Below are positions 39,200 through 51,875 of a stretch of 60,000 bases of DNA, piece after piece. Each line of letters starts with the position of its first letter. The stretch's first letter is position 1. The notes under the pieces are model-generated. The model saw nothing but the letters and a program-made list of their open reading frames with translations, had not been told where the DNA came from and ran no database searches. Made by a program: the position numbers and the translations under genes. The DNA lies in the NCBI GenBank assembly GCA_965235115.1, contig OZ249436.1:47370001-47430000 (forward strand), given 5' to 3'. The DNA comes from Laetmonice hystrix. Lineage: Eukaryota.

Positions 39200-39758
39200 C
39201 ATTCGGGAATCCTCGGCCATATCTTCGAAAGTAGCCTCGGGTGAAATAGGCGCCATTTTGAGCATTGCATCGCGGGTACATTTAGCTGGGACTCTCGACA
39301 GCATGGCAGTGCTTGCAGTATTTTGCCTGCATCAGGCATGGAAGCAACTAAAATAGGCCTCCAGTGTTTTCCCCATCGTCAGTGGGCAATATTACAAGAG
39401 TATCAGGTTCATGATACAAGTAGTCGTACCATCTGTCGTGGTGCTGTCCTTCATGGGCGCGGCCATATTGCTTCCCATATTTTGATAAATTACCGTATCA
39501 CGCCCATTTAGGTAAATTAGGTAATTGATTTTTTCAGTTCAAACGTTCCCCTTCATACCACAAAATATATATTTGCACATACGATGCCAAGAAGCAGGTT
39601 TCAATAATGCACTACTTTCTGGCTCGATGGGATATGACGGTTCACTCAGTGCCTCGCTACACAGGTCGATTTCGCCATGTATCTGGTTGCCAATGGCGCC
39701 CATTTCACCCGAGGGTATATGCAGATATGACGTCATATGCCCGAGGGAATCCCGAATG
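39200..39758. mobile_element. 559-bp non-autonomous DNA transposon with a 9-bp TSD (Mutator/MULE-like)
   Basis: ~60-70-bp imperfect TIRs (CATTCGGGAATCCTCGGCCATAT...CCTCGGGTGAAATAGGCGCCATT and its inverse) flanked by perfect direct repeats GTTCACCAC at 39191-39199 and 39759-39767. Confidence 0.85.
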
Positions 39759-39827
39759 GTTCACCACGTCCACAGCGCCGCCGGCGTCAGTGGGTTTAAC
39801 AATTCGGTATACATGTACAGACGTGTT

Positions 39828-40220
39828 AGGTAACTATGGTGACGTTACCATGGAATCTGGTGATAAAAAGTAAACACCTGTTCCTGACCTCGAACCTAAC
39901 CCCTCCCCTCTCCCAAAACTCCTACCCTATCCCCACCCTGCCCTTAACCCAACGCCCTAACCCTTACCCCCTCCCCTCTCCCAAAACTCCTACCCTATCC
40001 CCACCCTACCCTTAACCCAACGCCCTAACCCTTACCCCCTCCCCTCTCCTAAAACTCCTACCCTATCCCCACCCTGCCCCTAACCCACCCCCTAACCCTT
40101 ACCCCCTCCCCTCTCCCAAAACTCCTACCCTATCCCCACCCTGCCCTTAACCCAACCCCCTAACCCTTACCCCCTCCCCTCTCCCAAAACCCCTACCCTG
40201 TCCCCAAACCTTTATCCCCG
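39828..40220 (+). mobile_element. Copy of the CCCTAA-core element with an internal 68-bp array (39893-40210, ~4.5 copies)
   Basis: AATCTGGTGATAAAAGTAAACACCTGTTCCTGACCTCGAACCTAACCC matches AATCTGGCGATAAGAACTAACAC...CTGGTCCTATCCCCAGATCTAACCC at 44099. Confidence 0.65.
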
Positions 40221-40242
40221 ACACTACCATGCGCCATTATCT

Positions 40243-40508
40243 TACCACGGAGTAGTAACAGTCTGCCGCCGATTGTTACGACTGTACGTGGGCGTGTTTA
40301 CCACGGAGTTGTAACAGTCTGCCGATTGTTACGACTGTACGTGGGCGTGTTTACCACGGAGTTGTAACAGCCTGCCGATTGTTACGACTGTACGTGGGCG
40401 TGTTTACCACGGAGTTGTACCAGTCTGCCGATTGTTACCACTGTACGTGGGCGTGTTTACCACGGAGTTGTAACGATTGTTACGACTGTACGTGGGCGTG
40501 TTTACCAC
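40243..40508. repeat. 53-bp minisatellite with an internal hairpin, 5 copies
   Basis: Unit TTACCACGGAGTTGTAACAGTCTGCCGATTGTTACGACTGTACGTGGGCGTGT. Confidence 0.9.
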
Positions 40509-40793
40509 ACCTTTAAGAACCACGTGACCACAGTTTGCACCACCACACCTGATCAATCACTTGGCTGTATGACACGAGCCTTTACCTGTAATGGTGCTGT
40601 TCACCACCCACCTTTCCTTTTGATGTCTTTAGATGGGAGCAAATACAACATATAGCCGTACCATCTTTACCTGTCAATCTATTTGTCTGCCTGTCTATCT
40701 ATCTGTCATTCAATGAAATTCGTCTTAAGTGGTACCATCGTTCCCTTTTCATGATTCCTGACATCAACAACCCTACTTTAAGTTACCTGAATC

Positions 40794-41145
40794 ATCCATG
40801 GAGATATGGAGGCACAGCTCAGAGCTGAAAGCTTCTGGTTGTGATCCATGGAGATATGGAGGCACAGCTCACAGCTGAAAGGTTCTGGTTGCAATCCATG
40901 GAGATATGGAGGCACAGCTCACAGCTGAACAGTTCTGGTTGCGATCCATGGAGATATGGAGGCACAGCTCACAGCTGAACAGTTCTGGTTACGATCCATA
41001 GAGATATGGAGGCACAGCTCACAGCTGAAAGGTTCTGGTTGCAATCCATGGAGATATGGAGGCACAGCTCACAGCTGAACAGTTCTGGTTACGATCCTTG
41101 GAGATATGGAGGCACAGCTCACAGCTGAACAGTTCTGGTTGCGAT
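40794..41145. repeat. 50-bp minisatellite, 7 copies
   Basis: Unit ATCCATGGAGATATGGAGGCACAGCTCACAGCTGAACAGTTCTGGTTGCG. Confidence 0.95.
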
Positions 41146-44073
41146 TCAGTCGCAATAACATATTACCAGGAACAATGTCAGGATCGTGGTCGTGACGCCA
41201 TTCCATGGGAAACTCAATGCTTGAATTGTTCATCTCTGGGAGCGATTGTTCTATTAGAGAGGCATACGATTTTATTTATGGAATACTTAGACTTGAACAT
41301 AAATCATTTACCTGTTCGTTTTACCAAATGCTGAATGATATCATATCAACTGGGGATGCGCCAGACTAATAGATAGTCCAATATGATTCTGATCTTTGTG
41401 GAGTTGTACACCTATCATCCCAGTGTTTACTCAATCCCCGAACTCTACCACTGTTGTACCGCTAACATCACAGTCACATTTTCCGTCTTGCCGATTGTAC
41501 ACAATAAATACAGCTGTTGTGAACGTTTGAGACGCCCCCTTCCCTCCTTTTACCTGCCAGGGCCCGTCTCCGGAACGCTATCAGACGCGGAACCCCTGGC
41601 GTCCTCACGGCGGGTCAACCGGTACATTGCTAAATCAGCACAATCGAGATCAAAACTCCAAAAATAACTGTCAACTGTCGAGGAAAATGTCCTTAATATC
41701 GAGAAATCACGTACAAAAATCATTATATTTGATATTTTTAATTTTCAGGGACATCTGACATTAAAAGTTGTTATGGCGCATAGGTTTGAGACCACATTTG
41801 CCTGACATCGAGGGATTTCTCATCCTTAATGAATTTAGTGATATCATTTTCTAGTTTTCAAATACGAGAACTCCGTAGGCAATTGACGTCAGCCACGCCA
41901 ACTCGTTTCCTTCAATCCTTTTCAGGAGGAGAAAATGCAAAATTCAAAAATGTAAAATTTTGTCATCGTAAATAAGATAAGCCTAGTCCATGGAAGGCAT
42001 TTCACGACATGTACAACATAAAACCTATGAAATTCGTTGGATCGATTGCAATGGTAAATGTTCCTTCCATGACAAGAGATGTCGAGGTGAGGGTACGCCG
42101 GACGCTCCCAGACCGCCTCCTGTGGGTTCATCTAACCCCTGGTGTTACTGGAACCCCCTAGATGGCTCCATCACCACTGCTCTAGTATTGACGTCAATAT
42201 TCGGTCCGAACAGTTTTCATGACGCCGAACTTCGGCTTTAAAAATGACAAACCTAACTTAATCAAAATGCATTGCATAAAGTCCTTTCCTAATTCATCCT
42301 TTAAAAAATTACATTCCTTCGATCTGCGCAACGATGCTAATAACTTGCCAGGAACTAATTTTCGTCGATTTTTTTTTTCTAGCGGCCGACCTGTCAGTGA
42401 TGAGTGTCTCCCCTCACTACAGGAGCATGGGACCCTCACCTCGCTATGTCCATGTCTTCAATTCGAAACCTTACCAGTCCGTTCTCAATATCATGACCAA
42501 TAATCCCAGGTATAAGGTAATATTTGGCAGGGTTTGAACGAGCCGGAGACGGATGACAAGAAGAAGATAAGAGAAGATTAAGCTGAAGAAAATGAAGGAG
42601 GAAACGAAGGAGATTTAGAAGTAGTAGATCAAGATAATGAATATTAAGAATACTAAGGATATGACGAAGATGAAGGAGATGCGGCAGACGAGGATGAAAA
42701 GGAAGAGGAGGAAGAGGAGAAGCTAGACGTGCCAGCCGTATATAAACTTACTCAGATCCACCCCTAGACTTGAGAGAGAAACCACCTGGTCTGGTGTTGG
42801 TCATTACTGAACCGGAATCCAATCAGTCCCAGCTCCATCATCCGGGGCCTTGGCATGTTTCCCACAATCCCACACTTCCTGACGACCAGCTACGGCCTTG
42901 ACGACACAAACTGCTGCCTGGTGATAACTGAATCGGATTGGATTGATGGAAACATACCAGGTCTACCCCTACCCTCACCTTCCGTTCTTACAGCAAGCCA
43001 TAACACGGTTAGCATACGCTGAAGAAATATCCCCCTGAAATGGTCCCGGACCATTCAGACTCTTGGATGCGTTTCTAGCAATGATTGATATCAACACCGG
43101 CCGACATTTTTAGAGTGCTTTCTTTGCCCTGGGGGCGAATTACTTTCCTCCAGTAAATGCTGGAATCCTGCAGGGATGTATATCCTTACAACTCGTTCTG
43201 GTAATGGACCTTCATTAAGGACATTAAGGACCTGGAATCCTATACGATGTCTGTGGTTGGTCTATCTATTATTAAAATCATGCGGCACGCTCTCATATTG
43301 ACTGAGGTCCGTCCAGGTAACTTTGTACACAAGATACACAGTAAATCAAAGTAGTGAATTTAGCGTGAATGTTGAATGATGATTGTAAGGATGTGATGAG
43401 TTAACTACTTGATTGCATGCCTCTCCCCTTCGTTTACAAGTTTCTACCAAACCCATTCAATATTCGCAAGATCTACTTACGCCATCTGGTTAATGTCAAT
43501 GGACCAAAGCGCAACCAGTTTCTTGTCGTGTGTGACGGACGAGGCGGCAGGTGCCTTTCATATTACATGTTATTTCAATCGAAGGTTAATCCAAGAATTT
43601 CATTTTATTCTCGTGGATCTCAAGCAGAATGTTAGACTCCTTGACCTTGATAAGAATAGAAAGCTGAGCGCAAGCCGCTGATTGGTTCAATGTTATAGTA
43701 GTCCGACCAATCGGTCACAGCGATCTAAGTCTGGTGTGGTTTTTGTCCATGAACAAAACACAGCTTCACGAACTAAGCCAGTGATTTTGTTTGGTCTCCC
43801 AAATACTAAACTGGTTATCTTGGCAAACAAGAAACCCCATCATCCTGTTCACGAGAGATACCAGACTTGGAACGATTTACATCCGGACTGTAACGAGCAG
43901 AGGCGATTTTTTCACTACCACCGGTCCTCAAAGAGTCTTCTCTTTATTACATTTTGAATGCAAGTGGCTGTCCCGACCCGCGGCCTGGAGCGGCCTGAGA
44001 CTGCCCCCTGGTGGCCATCAGGGACGGTAGGAGGTAATAATTCGTTAATGTGGGCCACCGGGGTCGGACGAGT

Positions 44074-45815
44074 CGATCCGTACGGTAACATCTACACCAA
44101 ATCTGGCGATAAGAACTAACACTATATCACTGGTCCTATCCCCAGATCTAACCCTGCCAAATAAAACCTGACTAACACTATATCACTGGTCCTATCCCCA
44201 GATCTAACCCTGCCAAATAAAACCTGACTAACACTCTATCACTGGTCCTATCCCCAGATCTAACCCTGCCAAATAAAACCTGACTAACACTATATCACTG
44301 GTCCTATCCCCAGATCTAACCCTGCCAAATAAAACCTGACTAACACTATATCACTGTTCCTATCCCCAGATCTAACCCTGCCAAATAAAACCTGACTAAC
44401 ACTATATCACTGTTCCTATCCCCAGATCTAACCCTGCCAAATAAAACCTGACTAACACTATATCACTGGTCCTATCCCCAGATCTAACCCTGCCAAATAA
44501 AACCTGACTAACACTATATCACTGGTCCTATCCCCAGATCTAACCCTGCCAAATAAAACCTGACTAACACTATATCACTGGTCCTATCCCCAGATCTAAC
44601 CCTGCCAAATAAAACCTGACTAACACTATATCACTGGTCCTATCCCCAGATATAACCCTGCCAAATAAAACCTGACTAACACTATATCACTGTTCCTATC
44701 CCCAGATCTAACCCTGCCAAATAAAACCTGACTAACACTATATCACTGTTCCTATCCCCAGATCTAACCCTGCCAAATAAAACCTGACTAACACTATATC
44801 ACTGTTCCTATCCCCAGATCTAACCCTGCCAAATAAAACCTAACTAACACTATATCACTGTTCCTATCCCCAGATCTAACCCTGCAAAATAAAACCTGAC
44901 TAACACTATATCACTGTTCCTATCCCCAGATCTAACCCTGCCAAATAAAACCTGACTAACACTATATCACTGTTCCTATCCCCAGATCTAACCCTGCCAA
45001 ATAAAACCTGACTAACACTATATCACTGTTCCTATCCTCAGATCTAACCCTGCCAAATAAAACCTGACTAACACTATATCACTGTTCCTATCCCCAGATC
45101 TAACCCTGCCAAATAAAACCTGACTAACACTATATCACTGTTCCTATCCTCAGATCTAACCCTGCCAAATAAAACCTAACTAACACTATATCACTGTTCC
45201 TATCCCCAGATCTAACCCTGCCAAATAAAACCTGACTAACACTCTATCACTGGTCCTATCCCCAGATCTAACCCTGCCAAATAAAACCTGACTAACACTA
45301 TATCACTGGTCCTATCCCCAGATCTAACCCTGCCAAATAAAACCTGACTAACACTATATCACTGGTCCTATCCCCAGATCTAACCCTGCCAAATAAAACC
45401 TGAGTCCTGGTCCCAAGACCTCCCTATCTAAGACCTCCTATTCCTATCTAAGACCTCCCTCTCCCTATCCAAGACCTCCCTATCCAAGACCTCCCTATCT
45501 AAGACCTCCCTATTCCTATCTAAGACCTCACTCTCCCTATCCAAGACCTCCCTATCCAAGACCTCCCTATCTAAGACCTCCCTATTCCTATCTAAGACCT
45601 CACTCTCCCTATCCAAGATCTCCCTATCTAAGACCTCCCTATCCCTACTCAAGACCTCCCTATCTAAGACCTCCCTATGCCTACGACCTCACTCTCCCTA
45701 TTCAAGACCTCCCTATCTAAGACATCCCTATCCAAGACATCCCTATCCCTATCCCTAATTGCTTCATTCGAGGGAGTCTTACCATGGATGAGTACCATTA
45801 TGTCAGGTGGGGGGT
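44074..45815 (+). mobile_element. Copy of the CCCTAA-core element expanded to ~1.7 kb by a 56-bp array (44115-45403, 23 copies) and a 15/22-bp array (45414-45757)
   Basis: Element 5' motif at 44074-44114, conserved GTCCTGGTCCCAAGACCTCC at 45404 between the two arrays, 3'-like GGGAGTCTTACCATGG at ~45771. Confidence 0.65.
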
Positions 45816-45911
45816 TGCAGGTGGGGTGGGATGAATTAAGTACCCCTCCCCGGTGATCCCAAACCTGGCCAGGGTGAGTGTCCAGATTATCTACCTACTA
45901 ATTATACAAGA

Positions 45912-47175
45912 CGACCATCCCCAACAGCTGTCAAACTCCTGACCAACCGTCCTGTCACACGGTCAACCTCATCCCCGACCATCCCCAACAGCTGTCAAAC
46001 TCCTGACCAACCGTCCTGTCACACGGTCAACCTCATCCCCGACCATCCCCTACAGCTGTCCAACTCCTGACCAACCGTCCTGTCACACGGTCAACCTCAT
46101 CCCCGACCATCCCCTACAGCTGTCCAACTCCTGACCAACCGTCCTGTCACACGGTCAACCTCATCCCCGACCATCCCCTACAGCTGTCCAACTCCTGACC
46201 AACCGTCCTGTCACACGGTCAACCTCATCCCCGACCATCCCCAACAGCTGTCAAACTCCTGACCAACCGTCCTGTCAACCGTCAACCTCATCCCCGACCA
46301 TCCCCTACAGCTGTCCAACTCCTGACCAACCGTCCTGTCACACGGTCAACCTCATCCCCGACCATCCCCTACAGCTGTCCAACTCCTGACCAACCGCCCT
46401 GTCACACGGTCAACCTCATCCCCGACCATCCCCTACAGCTGTCCAACTCCTGACCAACCGCCCTGTCACACGGTCAACCTCATCCCCTACAGCTGTCCAA
46501 CTCCTGACCAACCGTCCTGTCACACGGTCAACCTCATCCCCGACCATCCCCTACAGCTGTCCAACTCCTGACCAACCGTCCTGTCAACCGTCAACCTCAT
46601 CCCCGACCATCCCCTACAGCTGTCCAACTCCTGACCAACCGTCCTGTCACACGGTCAACCTCATCCCCGACCATCCCCTACAGCTGTCCAACTCCTGACC
46701 AACCGTCCTGTCACACGGTCAACCTCATCCCCGACCATCCCCTACAGCTGTCCAACTCCTGACCAACCGTCCTGTCACACGGTCAACCTCATCCCCGACC
46801 ATCCCCTACAGCTGTCCAACTCCTGACCAACCGTCCTGTCACACGGTCAACCTCATCCCCGACCATCCCCTACAGCTGTCCAACTCCTGACCAACCGTCC
46901 TGTCACACGGTCAACCTCATCCCCGACCATCCCCTACAGCTGTCCAACTCCTGACCAACCGTCCTGTCACACGGTCAACCTCATCCCCGACCATCCCCTA
47001 CAGCTGTCCAACTCCTGACCAACCGTCCTGTCACACGGTCAACCTCATCCCCGACCATCCCCTACAGCTGTCCAACTCCTGACCAACCGTCCCGTCACAC
47101 GGTCAACCTCATCCCCGACCATCCCCTACAGCTGTCCAACTCCCGACCAACCGTCCCGTCACACGGTCAACCTCC
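45912..47175. repeat. 64-bp minisatellite, ~20 copies
   Basis: Unit CGACCATCCCCTACAGCTGTCCAACTCCTGACCAACCGTCCTGTCACACGGTCAACCTCATCCC. Confidence 0.97.
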
Positions 47176-47721
47176 TAATTCTGTGAGAGAGCGGTATCCC
47201 CTCACGGCCCGGGTCCTGTCGGAAATACTAGCACGCAGCACCCGTTGAAACAGAATATAATCTCACTGCAGCTCTTGTATGGCTTCCCCTGACGTATGCG
47301 ACTGGTTGGTCACTGACAGATTCCAGGCACTGTGCCGCTGGAGTACTTGGTTAACCAAGATGGCAACCGCCACGTCTCCGACACAAAAACTGGCCAAGGT
47401 AACTGTCATCAGGCGTCACGGAAAATAAAAATAAACTCATTCCTGTAATAACAAGTAGAGGACCGGAAGAGGAATGATGGGAAGGGTCAACGGGAACGGT
47501 ATTATAATCTCAGGGGCAGATTCCTTGCAATTTCTTCTTGTGAATGGTTGTAATATTCTTCTACTTCACCCTGGCCTGTCAGGGAAATCCTGTCACCAAA
47601 TGGACAGTAGGAACTATTGTTACACGTCCAGGTGATCTGGAACCTCTCATTAAAACCCAACAGAAGCAAATCTTCCCCACATCTGGCCTGATTTGTCTCT
47701 GTCCATTTACTCACATCGACA

Positions 47722-48478
47722 CCGTAGTAATACGCTGACAGTCCTGTTCCCGGCCCCGCCCGCCCGCCGCCGGTAGTAATACGCTGACAGTCCCGGCCCC
47801 GCCCCCCGCCGCCGCCGGTAGTAATACGCTGACAGTCCCGGCCCCGCCCCCCGCCGCCGCCGGTAGTAATACGCTGACAGTCCTGTTCCCGGCCCCACCC
47901 GCCGCCGCCGGTAGTAATACGCTGACAGTCCTGTTCCCGGCCCCGCCCGCCCGCCGCCGGTAGTAATACGCTGACAGTCCTGTTCCCCGCCCCGCCCGCC
48001 GCCGCCGGTAGTGCTGACAGTCCTGTTCCCGGCCCCACCCGCCCTCCCGCCGCCGGTAGTAATACGCTGACAGTCCTGTTCCCGGCCCCACCCGCCACCG
48101 CCGGTAGTGCTGACAGTCCTGTTCCCGGCCCCGCCCGCCACCGCCGGTAGTGCTGACAGTCCTGTTCCCGGCCCCACCCGCCCTCCCGCCGCCGGTAGTA
48201 ATACGCTAACAGTCTTATTCCCGGTCCCGCCCGTCGCCGCCGGTAGTGCTGACAGTCCTGTTCCCGGCCCCACCCGCCACCGCCGGTATAGTAATACGCT
48301 GACAGTCCTGTTCCCGGCCCCCGCCCGCCGCCGCCGGTAGTAATACGCTGACAGTCCTGTTCCTGGCCCCGCCCGCCGCCGCCGGTAGTAATACGCTGAA
48401 GTCCTGTTCCCGGCCCCGCCCGCCGCCGCCGGTAGTAATACGCTGACAGTCCTGTTCTCGGCCCCGCCCGTCGCCGCC
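47722..48478. repeat. GC-rich variable-length (~45-55 bp) minisatellite
   Basis: Constant GGTAGTAATACGCTGACAGTCCTGTTCCCGGCCCC plus a variable (CGCC)n segment. Confidence 0.93.
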
Positions 48479-49671
48479 AATCATTCACCCACATACAGCC
48501 ACTGCGGGATTCCAGGTAAAAACCAAGCTATTGGCCCCCAGGGAAGACCCGACATCATTAACTGACTTTCTATAGGGCTTCATAAGTCAGGGTTGGGGCA
48601 TGTTTGAGCTGTAGACTCCAGGCTGTCATCCTAATGATGGGAAAGTCTTCATACTTATACATGGGGAACGTGGAGAGAAAAAAGGACAGGCGGCGGTTTC
48701 TGATTGAAGCGTGTTTTATAACACATTTCCATAACCAGTCATGCTTACATGACATTTCTTAATCATGTTCCTACATCGAGCCTCGGAGGATAAATATGGT
48801 GCGGGTAACCGAAGCATACACAGATATACTAGCAGACAGAAAAAACAGTTACACTCTGAGATGAAAATCTCAGGAATATATTTAATTCCAACATATTAAC
48901 ATGATATAGAGATACATAATTTATTGAGACAAAATAACTTTACCTTACCATGCCAAAATAAGGCTTGACAATATTATAAATAGTCTGAACATTATCATAA
49001 GCCTTCTCATATCTCTACCCCCACCCCCACCCCCACCCCCACCCCCACCCGGTACAGCCCGGTACAGGTAGAGTCCGCTACTTAACACCCCGTCCACTTA
49101 CCGACCGTCCTGCTTACCTTATATAATTACATTAATCAGCTCAGCACGGCGGACCCGGCGCTTATGTTGGGGGACCATCTCATAAACCGGCTCGGGCTCA
49201 CAGACCGGGGGAGGTCAATAACCAGTCGGGGCCTGTATCAACACCACTCCACACCTTTCCATTAACCTGTCCGTATTAGGACATCCGCCTTGACCTAATT
49301 CCTTACAAGGGTTACGGTTCCCGTCCTGTATGGATCACTAGGGAGCAAAGTAAACGGCTTGGTCCGATCAGAAACCACTCCAAATCTTTCAACCACAGCT
49401 GCCTCTGTAGACATCTCACTGCCATTCTGAAAGCTGCACTTAAAGAAAACACCCCTCCCAGGCATAAACCTGAACAGACCCGCCAGAACGGTGTAAAATA
49501 GGAAATCTGGTTATACACGCCGCCCCAATCAAGAGTCTTATATTAAGTTAGGGCGTGGAAAACTTATTGGCATCGCGACCCCTGAGTCCCGGAACACTCA
49601 GGGTATATGAGTGGATACCCGATCACCGCGTTGTTGTCCACAGCAATGGTTAGGTTAGGTTTCTACAGAAG

Positions 49672-49855
49672 GGATGTAACGGTCCTTTGGAAATTTGGTG
49701 GACAGAAATAAAAATCTATCCCTAGCCCTATCCCTGCTCCTAACCCTATCCCTGCCCCATACCCTACCCCTACCCCTATCCCTGCCCCTAACCCTAGCCC
49801 TGCCCCTAACCCCATCCCTGCCCCTAATCCCAGCCCTGAATTTGTAACTGCCCAC
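49672..49855 (+). mobile_element. Probable copy of the CCCTAA-core element
   Basis: GAAATTTGGT followed by a ~120-bp degenerate CCCTAN hexamer tract. Confidence 0.45.
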
Positions 49856-50090
49856 TCAGAAAACCAGGCCCGGCAGACCTGCATCCCGCTGGGTTTATAT
49901 TCAGGTCACATGGGCTCTACAAGGAGCACGCTCAGTAAACCAGGCCCGGCAGACCTGCATCCCGCTGGGTTTATATTCAGGTCACATGGGCTCTATAAGG
50001 AGCACGCTCAGTAAACCAGGCCCGGCAGACCTGCATCCCGCTGGGTTTACGGTCACATGGGCTCTACCAGAAGCACGCTCAGTAAACCTG
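49855..50090. repeat. 76-bp tandem repeat, 3 copies
   Basis: AAACCAGGCCCGGCAGACC at 49861, 49937 and 50013. Confidence 0.9.
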
Positions 50091-50499
50091 CCGTAACTAA
50101 ATGTACTTCCCTATGAGGGCCGGGAAAATCCGGACAATTAGCAGCAACTCCCATATATGCGGTGTAAAAGGCGTATTTATATAACGCATGTACATACAAG
50201 ACATCGCCTCCCGGTGCTGTCAGCATTTAGAAACCCGTCATTATTATTTCTATGTACGGACTATAAAACCGTAAAATTGCCCGCCTCGCCTCTAACACCG
50301 CCCGTGTACCCAACCGGGCCGTCCAACCCTGGACCCGATGTGTTCTGAGGGATTTCACGGTACAGTTCTGCTTGATGTTGTGAAACCCACGCGGAATCCT
50401 TTCAGAGGCCAGCCTTCAAAGTGCCTGTCCTCCAAACTACCACATCGCACGGCTGTGATGGAGCGCACGACCGTGATGGAGCGCAGCCTCAGACTAGAT

Positions 50500-50675
50500 G
50501 ATCGCCCAGGCTAACTTCTCCGCCAAATTTTGGCTATTAAAAATATAATTATATCACTATTCTTACTAAACTTAAACCTAATCCTTACTCCCGGCCCTCG
50601 CACCTCCTAATGATCCATATCTCTAATTCTGCGACATCTCAAATTTGTGGGAATGTACTATGGGGGACCCCCCAT
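50500..50675 (+). mobile_element. Compact copy of the CCCTAA-core element
   Basis: CAAATTTTGG...TATATCACT...AAACCTAATCC...GGGAATGTACTATGGGGGACCCCCCAT (terminal palindrome 50660-50675). Confidence 0.6.
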
Positions 50676-51043
50676 CTCCCCGGCCCTCTTACCCCCCCCC
50701 CCCCCCCCCCCCCTTTGTCCTTCACAGACCCGGGTACAAGGGTTGGGCTACAGGTCATCCTTTCAAGTATACCACTTTACAGCCAGGAAGAAATCACTTC
50801 AGCCTTGTCCTACCGACAAGTGCTGCCCCCAGGTCGTCTTCTCATTGGCCTCGTTGATGAAGCGGTATGTCGTCACCATGGGAACCGCCAGGTGGCCAGG
50901 GATGGGAATCAGGTATAGTGTCCTAATAAACCGGCTGTCCTGCCATGGATGTTCACATTAATGGACAATATGATAGCATGTCAGGTGGGGGAAGACTTCA
51001 GTATCCCAATTAGTCGTTCTCACCGTTAATACTGACAGAAGTA

Positions 51044-51556
51044 GGTCTATATCAATCCTAGCCAGAGCAAGGATACTAGGACACGAGCCCTCAGTCAGGT
51101 AGTCTATATCAATCCTAGCCACAGCAAGGATACTAGGACACGAGCCCTCAGTCAGGTAGTCTATATCAATCCTAGCCACAGCAGGGATACTAGGACACGA
51201 GCCCTCAGTCAGGTAGTCTATATCAATCCTAGCCCAGCAAGGATACTAGGACACGAGCCCTCAGTCAGGTAGTCTATATCAATCCTAGCCACAGCAAGGA
51301 TACTAGGACACGAGCCCTCAGTCAGGTAGTCTATATCAATCCTAGCCACAGCAGGGATACTAGGACACGAGCCCTCAGTCAGGTAGTCTATATCAATCCT
51401 AGCCACAGCAAGCATACTAGGACACGAGCCCTCAGTCAGGTAGTCTCTATCAATCCTAGCCCAGCAAGGATACTAGGACACGAGCCCTCAGTCAGGTAGT
51501 CTATATCAATCCTAGCCTAGCAAGGATACTAGGACACGAGCCCTCAGTCAGGTAGC
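51044..51556. repeat. 60-bp minisatellite, ~8.5 copies
   Basis: Unit GTCTATATCAATCCTAGCCACAGCAAGGATACTAGGACACGAGCCCTCAGTCAGGTA-like. Confidence 0.95.
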
Positions 51557-51875
51557 TCTCTCAGCTGGTCCTAGAGTGGTACTAGTTTACTTATAATTAG
51601 GAATCAATCTAGTACGAGCAATCTGTAGGAGTGCTGAGAGAGGCGGTCGTGAGGACATCTGTCATTCCTATTCCAGCAGTCGCTACACTGACACACCAAA
51701 TACCTGTCCTCAGGTCACCCCCCCCCCCCCCCTCCAAAACGGGCTACACCAAACAGGCTTACCCCAAGAACACTGTCATCACCGTAAACAAAATTATCCC
51801 CGATATCTATGACCGTCCATATCATATCCGTCCATATCTACTTCTACTACGACTGCTTCCAATCTCACCCAGTGT

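Noticed and set aside
47502..48494. 330-aa Gly/Arg-rich ORF
   Set aside because: GC-rich variable-length minisatellite lacking stops in all frames.
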